Positions 57,410 to 64,000 of a stretch of DNA of 64,000 nt are shown piece after piece. Both the position numbers and the translations under genes were made by a program. The stretch lies in NCBI GenBank assembly GCA_045629285.1, contig JAZQQY010000038.1, positions 691-64,690 of the forward strand. The letters are read 5' to 3'. Within the stretch, counting starts at the first letter, position 1. Each line of letters starts with the position of its first letter. The notes below the pieces were generated by a model. The model did no database searches. It was not told the DNA's origin and saw only the letters and a list, made by a program, of their open reading frames with translations. Source of the stretch: Paludibacteraceae bacterium. GTDB lineage: Bacteria > Bacteroidota > Bacteroidia > Bacteroidales > Paludibacteraceae.

Positions 57410-57438
57410 GTAGAGACGGTATGCACGCCGTCTCTTAC
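57410..57438. repeat. orphan copy of the GTAGAGACGG...CCGTCTCT hairpin element
   Basis: GTAGAGACGGTATGCACGCCGTCTCTTAC is nearly identical to the palindrome at 34450..34477, but no gene ends here. Confidence 0.5.
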
Positions 57439-57508
57439 TTACTTATGCCCCTCAACACTCTTTTCTTACAATTTATTTTCTATTTGAGCAGAAATCAAAA
57501 AAATGTAT

Positions 57509-57516
57509 TAAATTTG
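57509..57516 (+). promoter_or_regulatory. -7 promoter motif upstream of the giant ORF
   Basis: TAAATTTG matches TAnnTTTG, about 85 nt before ATG 57602. Confidence 0.4.
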
Positions 57517-57601
57517 GGCCGTTTTGGTGTGTAAACTATACTCATTCCACATCTTAACTAATAATAGGGCACTTATAATAGTATGATTAAAAGGGATTAT
57601 A

Positions 57602-60600
57602 ATGAATAAAGGCTTATTAACTCTAATATCCAGTATTGGACTTTTTCATGCAGTGTCGTCGTCGGCACAGTGTGTTGTTGCTAGTACTGATTTTGACACA
57701 AGCACTGATCTATGCTGTCCGATTTTGACTCCGGATGAAGATGGATGGTATAGTGAAGATCTTGACTGGAAAACACTCTGTAAGTCGAATATGTTTGTCG
57801 GACCTGAATATGCTGTTCAGGGAGGAATCGGTGGTGCATTCTCTAGTCAGGCTAGTGATAATATGACAAAGGTAGATGATGTATTTCATCTTGGTAGTCA
57901 AATTCAAAAAGGAGATGGCCAATATGGTTATTCTACTGTTACGGCACAACCAAAGCTTATACACTCTTTCTGTAAAGCAAATGATGATGCGAATAACATG
58001 TATGTCAATGTCGGTTCTGCCGATAATTCTCAATTTTTGACTTATACTGTATATGGATTGAATCCCGGATCTGATGTAGAGTTGTCGTTTACATTGTATA
58101 ATCTGTTGGATCCATCGTATTTTGAATATCTTACCGACAATGTTCTTGGTGGTACAAAAATAATGCTAGATTTTATCACTAAATATAACATTTCAAACAC
58201 TGGTAATATTACTGGTCAGCCGTTGGGACTAGGTGTGATTTCTACAGATCAAGATATCTCATATAACACAGGATACAATAACTCTATCCAGTTACAACCG
58301 ACTACTAAATATACGTCTGCTACGGCTGGATTTGGAAAGTCAACTGTTGTGACTCATAAGGCAAAAGTTACAGCGACGGGTTCCATCTCTTTCCTTTTCT
58401 TCCGTACAGGCGACTGTTTCCAGATTCCTATCGGTATTGATGACATAAAGGTGACAGGTAGTATCAAACCTGTTATTACAAGTACTGGTAATCCATGTCC
58501 TCAGATGCCGATGCGTGTGATTACTAAGTCTACTTATCCGTCCGGAACAAAGTTCTCTTGGAAAGAGTCTGTAACAGGACAAACTTCCACAGACCCAAGT
58601 TTCAATTTCACTCCGGATGCTGCCGAGACAGATTATAGCATCTCTCTTGAAGTGACTTTGCCAGGATGTACGCCATCTAAGGCAGATGTTTATCCTGTTC
58701 ATTCAGGAACTTGTTGTACAAATGACGATGGAGCTCCGATGGCGAAGACCAATTTGTTCTTTGACGACTTTGGTAGTTTCCCATCTGATGATACATACGA
58801 GTGGACTGATAGATTTGGAGTGACTCATACAGTAAAGATTCCTGCCGGACAGGTTCATGAAGCGCAGTCGCATACTGGAAATCCTAAAATTCCTTATGTA
58901 AAAGCATATAATATTGAGGCGAGCGGCGCAACTTTGACTGTACCTCCACTTGGTACTGGAGGTAAGACTGAGTTGTACAACCATGGCGCTTACGCCGTTT
59001 CTAAATATGGAGGATATCCTCAGGGTGTACAGTATGATAATTCAGGAACTCAAATTGGTGGTATGCTTCAGTTTGACCTGCTGGACAATGGAACGCAGGA
59101 TAACTTTTTTGAAATAGATGTTGAACATATCTGTACTGGAAAGGAGATCTCTTTTGGTGCTGATTTCGCTTCTATTTCTAATCACCCGGGTTCTATTGAG
59201 GTGGTTTTGGAACATAGCGGAAATGTTCTAGACAGTCAGTACAAGTATTTTTCAGGAGGTGCTGATGGATGGAAGAATGCAAGTAATTCTTTTGTCATAA
59301 ATTCATCGGATGTAGGTGGTGCATCTGAGGTAACAATCACCATGAAGGTGAGACATTACGGAAAGATGGAAGATGGTTCGGATATTACCGGAGAGACTCG
59401 TGACTATGCTATCGATAATATCATTTTCCAGGTTTGTACTCCTCCTGATGTCAATGTGGAGTCTTCTGTTTCTACTGGTAAGGATATCCTTGACTTGTGT
59501 ACTGAGGATGTGTTGAAATTGACTTCTGTAACTTCAGAAGCCGTAAAGAGATTCTATTTGTATAGTAATAAGCAGCTAGATCCAAATAAAGAGGTTGGTT
59601 ACGTTTATCAGTACACTTTCCAGGATCCATCTACAGAAAGTGACACTAATCCGATTACATGGGAGACTCTTCATAGAGAAGAGGTTGTTAAGACAGAGTC
59701 ATTTGATGTAAAGGTTGAGGATTATTGGGATGATATCTTCTCTCAGCTTGGTGATGATCCGACTCACGAGAAGCGTATCTATTTCCGTGTGGTTGTGGGA
59801 GAATATTCAGATTTGATTGCAGACCAGTCTTGGAAGAAGAACTCTGCGTTCTCTCCATGTCGTAAGATTTCAATCTCTACAATTCCGGTTGTGGCAGGTT
59901 TGAACTGTGCCGCATGTGAGAAGGTTAAGGAGGCATCTATAATTTCAGCTGATCCTTCGACCGTAATCACAACTAATGCAAATGGAGAGAAGGAGGTTCA
60001 CCTATGTCTTGGTGAAATCGCTCACTTGACAACTGAGAAGTTTGCTCCGACAGACCCTACTGTTATGGGTATTACTGTCGGTTCGGACAAAGAGCCTCGT
60101 AAGTATTTGGCTTCTTGGATCAGAGGAAGAAAGGAAGCTGCAGGAAAACCAGGTGCTGGTTATACTCCTGGAGATGAGACTTCTTCATTTGATGTGACTT
60201 GGGAAAATGCAGATAAATATTATCTATTGGTTAAGGATATCGAGTTCCCTGGTGAAGATGGACAAAGCTGTTGGGTATACGATAGTATCAATGTCATCGG
60301 TTATGACAAGCCAACCGACAAGCTGACAGATCCAGCCCCATTCTGTGAAGGAATGTTGTCGTCAGAGCCGGACAAGAGCATGTCTGGATTCAAGATCCAG
60401 TGGTACGAGAGCGACGCCGATACGACAGCATCGGCGGAGATTCCGGAACCAGAAATCGGCAAGGTCAAGAAGGCCGACATGCCCAAGACGTTCCACTACG
60501 TAGTGACGGACGAGAACGGCTGCCGCGGCGAGGTGAACGACTACGAGGTGGTGGTGAACAAGGCGGAGAGGAACAACGTGGAGAGCGGCTCGAAGATCGA

Positions 60601-63600
60601 GTACCGCAAGAACGACGCGAAGGGAGGCAAGACGCTGAAGCCGCTCGACCAGCAGAACGCGCGCGTGTTCAACGCGGCTCAGACAACGGCAGGCCACAAG
60701 CTGATGATAGGGCTTATCGTTGGGGCGGAGGAATCCACCACACCGGACACCGCGACAGCGACATTCGGAACGGCAAGCACTACGATGCCAACACCAGCGG
60801 TGAAGGACGCGGACAACTCGGACGACGAGTACCTATGGTACTACACGTACCTGGAGACAGACGAGGGCTGCGTGAGCGACACTGTGTTGGTGGGCGTAGC
60901 GATCATGGGAGCACCTGCACCGAAGACAGAGAACGCCGAGTACTGCGTCAACTCGACGACGGTGAGGGCGATGAAGTCCTACGCGACACCGTCGGTGGAG
61001 GACCCGACAGGCACACTTGTCTTCTACGGAACGGACAAGACGACGACAATGGACGGGGACGACCTTCCTGACGTGACGGCACCGGGCAAGTACACGTACT
61101 GGGTGAGCCAGGTGAGCTCGACAGGCGGCGGGGAGAGCTCGAAGCAGCCGGTCGAGATCGAGGTGTACGGAGTGAGCGGCGTGACGATCAGCCCGGCATC
61201 CGACAAGTACTGCAAGGGATCGACGGAGGCCAAGCTCGACGGTCTGGCGTCGGAGGTCGCGTCCGGCGACAGCTACGTGAAGTCGTCCGGCTGGGAGTAC
61301 TTCAAGGGCACGGAGCCGGCGGCCAACGAGAAGACGGCCGGAGCCGAGAGCACGATGGACATCTCCACAGCCGAGACAGGCCAGATAGAGTATTTCGCGC
61401 GCATGACATACACCATCGCAAGCACAGGCGAGGTCTGCTACGGAGCGCACAAGAAGTTCACGGCCGAGGTGCAGTCGGTCGACGACCCGATAACGAACCC
61501 GATCACGTACCTGAAGAGCGAGGGCGCGTCGGGCGGTTTCAGGGCCCCATTGGCCCAGAACCCCGACGGAGTGATAGGCGACGCGTCGTGCGGCGACTGC
61601 AGCATAGAGTGGTACAGCGACGCGGCCGGAACGACCAAGATCACGGAGGCGCAGGCCACACCGATATACGACAGCAACCTTCAGGGCAACGACGAGAAGA
61701 CGTATTATGTGAAGCAGGTGAACAGCCTAGGCTGCGAGAGCTCTCTGGTTCCGGTGAAGATCATCGTGTCGGGCTATCCGACGCCGACGGTGAAGAACAT
61801 CTCGGTATGCGAGAACTCCGACCGCTTCACAGGCGAGATACAGGCGACGATCAACGGAACGACGGCAGACCCTGCGGGCCACTTCAAGCTGGTGTGGTAC
61901 AAGCAGGATCCCGTCACAAAGCAGGCCGACAAGACAGTGGAGTTCAACTGGATAGATTTCGACGCTAATAAGCACCAGTCGCTGTCCGAGGACATCCCGA
62001 CAATATACACATACTACGTGCTTCAGCGCCTTTTGGACCCGTACCAGCCGGTAGCGGGTCAGGTGGCGGAGAGCGCGCTGGTTCCGATGACGGTGACGGT
62101 GTATCCGACGCCGAAGCTGACCAAGCTGGTGACAGACCCGAAGTGCAAGGGCGAGAACCAGAAGCTGTCCGAGATGTACACGGTGCAGCCGGTGGACTGC
62201 GAGGTGTACAAGCTCAACCAGTCCACAAGCGAGAAGCTTCCTAGCGACGAGGTCACTGAGGCCGGAATCTACGAGGTCACTGGATCGTACGTGATCAACA
62301 AGGGCCAGGCCGACGAGGAGACATGCAAGTCGTTGACGGAGGAGCTTAAGGTTGTGTTCCACGAGCTTGACGCCGGCATCGTCGGATCCGACAGGACATG
62401 TCCGGGAGTGGGCGTCGACCTTGACGCGGACGTCACGGTCGGCGGAGGCTTGGCGCTTAACGAGGTGATGTACTCGTGGAGCAACGACCTGAACTCTACG
62501 GCAGAGACGACGAAGACATACAACACGGGAGCCGGCGGACTTAACGCTGCGGGCGACATCATGAAGGTGACGGTGGAGGTGTCCAGCCCGGCCTGCAAGG
62601 GATCGTACGCGGTGAAGAAGACACACGCCATCAAGGTCGGCGACGGTCCTCTTATCGGAAACATATCGTTCTCCGAGCCGAAGAACTCAGAGACGAAGAG
62701 CGAGCTGATCTCGTCGAGAAACATATCGTTCAACTCGTGCGGCGGCAAGGTGTCGGTAGAGCTTAGCGGCATCGCCAACAAGGACGGCGGCAGCTACACG
62801 TTGAGCGGGGACGCCAGCGAGAGCGGCTCGTTCGGAAGCGAGACATCCGGAACTGCCACGCTCAGCCTCGGCGAAGGAAGCTACACGGTGGAGTTCGTGA
62901 ACGAGTGCCCTACGAAGTTCAGCTTCGAGATCATAGACTACAGCAACACGGCCAGATCGACAAACCACGACATGACGATCTGCGAGGACGAGAAGTGGTT
63001 CGCGGAGATCCTCGACATCAAGGGCCCATCCCCAAGGATCGAGTGGAAGCACGACGGGGTTCCGATGGCCGGCGAGACAGGCACGAAGATCCAGTTCAAC
63101 CAGTCCAAACCGTCTGACAGCGGAGTGTACACATACGCGCTGTACTCCGCAGGATGCGAGTACAACGGCAAGATCGCGTTGGGCGACGCGCTAAAGGTGA
63201 AGCCGATCGCGGAGTTCAAGAGCAGCTCCTACCAGACGAGATACGAGGTCGTGAACGGCAAGCAGCTCCAGATCGACATGGACTTCAACGTCCCAGCGAA
63301 CAAGAACGACATAGACGCGGACGTGACATGGAAGGACCAGAGCGCGGGCTTCAGCGCCAAGACATCCAGCGTGACGATCGATCCGGTCACAAGGGACTAC
63401 AACCTGCACGTGGTGGCAGAGAACGACGACTACTGCAAGGCGGAGGCGGAGATCGCGGTGCTTGTGGACGCCAAGCTTAAGATAGAGGCCGAGCTGGAGC
63501 GCGTGCTCATGTGCGAGGGCGAGACCAACCACATCTACGTGGACACGACGGGAACAGGCAAGATCCTTCATCCGGAAGGCTTCGTGTTCACTGTGACGGA

Positions 63601-64000
63601 GGTGACGTCATCGGGAAGCAAGACGATCTCGCTCCACAGGGACGGAGACAGGCTTTCCGGCGAGATCAGCCCGACATCCGACGCCCAGTACACGGTGACA
63701 TACACATACACGAGCGACAGCCAGGACGAGAGCGTTACGCTTCCGTTGACGGTGAAGGAGAAGTTCCAGGTGGAAATCGCCGAGGTGGATCCGGTCTGCG
63801 AGGGCGACATCGCGACAGTGACAGTGAAGAACGTCTATCCTAGCGGAACGACCCTTGACTGGAGCGATAACCCGTCCGACGAGTATGTGAACGGATCGAT
63901 GTCCGGAGCGACGTTCGAGCCGAAGCACGACCAGGGAGGCGTTGCCCCTCAGGTGAAGAGATATTCGGTCGTCGCCAAGAACGGATTGTGCCAGGACAAG
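57602..64000 (+). CDS. giant secreted Ig-like-repeat adhesin (at least 2133 codons, 3' end outside window); not present in the supplied ORF track
   Basis: I translated the frame from ATG 57602 codon by codon to position 64000 without meeting a stop. It starts MNKGLLTLISSIGLFHAVSSSAQC (signal peptide). From ~aa 900 it has repeated modules with the W(Y)...YY(V)xQ...GC(E)S...V.V.V signature, like the type-B T9SS protein at 47313..51368. Confidence 0.85.
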   Translation, partial: MNKGLLTLISSIGLFHAVSSSAQCVVASTDFDTSTDLCCPILTPDEDGWYSEDLDWKTLCKSNMFVGPEYAVQGGIGGAFSSQASDNMTKVDDVFHLGSQIQKGDGQYGYSTVTAQPKLIHSFCKANDDANNMYVNVGSADNSQFLTYTVYGLNPGSDVELSFTLYNLLDPSYFEYLTDNVLGGTKIMLDFITKYNISNTGNITGQPLGLGVISTDQDISYNTGYNNSIQLQPTTKYTSATAGFGKSTVVTHKAKVTATGSISFLFFRTGDCFQIPIGIDDIKVTGSIKPVITSTGNPCPQMPMRVITKSTYPSGTKFSWKESVTGQTSTDPSFNFTPDAAETDYSISLEVTLPGCTPSKADVYPVHSGTCCTNDDGAPMAKTNLFFDDFGSFPSDDTYEWTDRFGVTHTVKIPAGQVHEAQSHTGNPKIPYVKAYNIEASGATLTVPPLGTGGKTELYNHGAYAVSKYGGYPQGVQYDNSGTQIGGMLQFDLLDNGTQDNFFEIDVEHICTGKEISFGADFASISNHPGSIEVVLEHSGNVLDSQYKYFSGGADGWKNASNSFVINSSDVGGASEVTITMKVRHYGKMEDGSDITGETRDYAIDNIIFQVCTPPDVNVESSVSTGKDILDLCTEDVLKLTSVTSEAVKRFYLYSNKQLDPNKEVGYVYQYTFQDPSTESDTNPITWETLHREEVVKTESFDVKVEDYWDDIFSQLGDDPTHEKRIYFRVVVGEYSDLIADQSWKKNSAFSPCRKISISTIPVVAGLNCAACEKVKEASIISADPSTVITTNANGEKEVHLCLGEIAHLTTEKFAPTDPTVMGITVGSDKEPRKYLASWIRGRKEAAGKPGAGYTPGDETSSFDVTWENADKYYLLVKDIEFPGEDGQSCWVYDSINVIGYDKPTDKLTDPAPFCEGMLSSEPDKSMSGFKIQWYESDADTTASAEIPEPEIGKVKKADMPKTFHYVVTDENGCRGEVNDYEVVVNKAERNNVESGSKIEYRKNDAKGGKTLKPLDQQNARVFNAAQTTAGHKLMIGLIVGAEESTTPDTATATFGTASTTMPTPAVKDADNSDDEYLWYYTYLETDEGCVSDTVLVGVAIMGAPAPKTENAEYCVNSTTVRAMKSYATPSVEDPTGTLVFYGTDKTTTMDGDDLPDVTAPGKYTYWVSQVSSTGGGESSKQPVEIEVYGVSGVTISPASDKYCKGSTEAKLDGLASEVASGDSYVKSSGWEYFKGTEPAANEKTAGAESTMDISTAETGQIEYFARMTYTIASTGEVCYGAHKKFTAEVQSVDDPITNPITYLKSEGASGGFRAPLAQNPDGVIGDASCGDCSIEWYSDAAGTTKITEAQATPIYDSNLQGNDEKTYYVKQVNSLGCESSLVPVKIIVSGYPTPTVKNISVCENSDRFTGEIQATINGTTADPAGHFKLVWYKQDPVTKQADKTVEFNWIDFDANKHQSLSEDIPTIYTYYVLQRLLDPYQPVAGQVAESALVPMTVTVYPTPKLTKLVTDPKCKGENQKLSEMYTVQPVDCEVYKLNQSTSEKLPSDEVTEAGIYEVTGSYVINKGQADEETCKSLTEELKVVFHELDAGIVGSDRTCPGVGVDLDADVTVGGGLALNEVMYSWSNDLNSTAETTKTYNTGAGGLNAAGDIMKVTVEVSSPACKGSYAVKKTHAIKVGDGPLIGNISFSEPKNSETKSELISSRNISFNSCGGKVSVELSGIANKDGGSYTLSGDASESGSFGSETSGTATLSLGEGSYTVEFVNECPTKFSFEIIDYSNTARSTNHDMTICEDEKWFAEILDIKGPSPRIEWKHDGVPMAGETGTKIQFNQSKPSDSGVYTYALYSAGCEYNGKIALGDALKVKPIAEFKSSSYQTRYEVVNGKQLQIDMDFNVPANKNDIDADVTWKDQSAGFSAKTSSVTIDPVTRDYNLHVVAENDDYCKAEAEIAVLVDAKLKIEAELERVLMCEGETNHIYVDTTGTGKILHPEGFVFTVTEVTSSGSKTISLHRDGDRLSGEISPTSDAQYTVTYTYTSDSQDESVTLPLTVKEKFQVEIAEVDPVCEGDIATVTVKNVYPSGTTLDWSDNPSDEYVNGSMSGATFEPKHDQGGVAPQVKRYSVVAKNGLCQDK

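Noticed and set aside
60301-63928. Many long ORFs in the track on both strands, e.g. 60400..61071 (+), 60833..61450 (-), 61727..62626 (-, 299 aa), 62269..62781 (-), 63191..63571 (-)
   Set aside because: All lie inside the GC-rich part of the giant frame-2 ORF. Their translations are Arg/His/Leu/Val-rich low-complexity strings with no motifs. High GC3 depletes stop codons in the other frames, so they are the expected artefacts.
1-64000. CRISPR arrays, rRNA genes, IS transposases, integrases, diversity-generating retroelement parts
   Set aside because: No regularly spaced direct repeats, no rRNA-like sequence, and no ORF with transposase, integrase or reverse-transcriptase motifs were found while reading the window.

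Overview
This is a 64-kb chromosomal window from a Bacteroidales bacterium, probably Prevotella-like. Supporting signs are TAnnTTTG promoter motifs, A-rich leaders without Shine-Dalgarno sequences, many lipoproteins, T9SS cargo and type V pilus genes. GC is roughly 40-43% by eye, except in the last ~3.7 kb. Gene content from left to right: a T9SS-cargo fragment and a secreted protein; mutS; a lipoprotein; rluD; a PASTA protein; miaB; tRNA-Arg. Next is a six-gene outer-membrane transport locus: a Cys-rich lipoprotein, a DUF4876-like lipoprotein, a TonB-dependent receptor, a DUF6850-like barrel, a second TonB-dependent receptor and a secreted HMA protein. Next is an ~11-kb type V (FimA/Mfa-class) pilus locus interrupted by a decayed zeta-toxin/antitoxin pair. 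The rest is a GT2 glycosyltransferase; an AlbA_2 protein; tadA; divergent T9SS-secreted C10 protease and GH16 glucanase; a second deaminase; PBP1A plus a truncated GT51-only paralogue; lrgAB; N-carbamoylputrescine amidase; a 1351-aa T9SS type-B adhesin; an S1 protease; two rhomboids; an EEP protein; and tRNA-Phe with a duplicated tRNA-Val. The most striking feature is missing from the supplied ORF track. From ATG 57602 a single frame stays open to the window end (at least 2133 codons, giant adhesin-like). Inside that frame, at about 60.3-60.45 kb, codon usage and GC switch abruptly from about 40% to about 60% GC (GC3 roughly 38% to 90%). That points to a mosaic or foreign 3' block, or to an assembly chimera. 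Smaller observations: relics of toxin genes (PIN, zeta); a MITE-like repeat pair in inverted orientation around PBP1A; a family of GTAGAGACG...CGTCTCTAC hairpins; a heptanucleotide tandem repeat; acidic Ca-binding-like inserts in two pilin paralogues; and a possible metal-uptake locus. No CRISPR array, rRNA, transposase, integrase or reverse transcriptase was seen.
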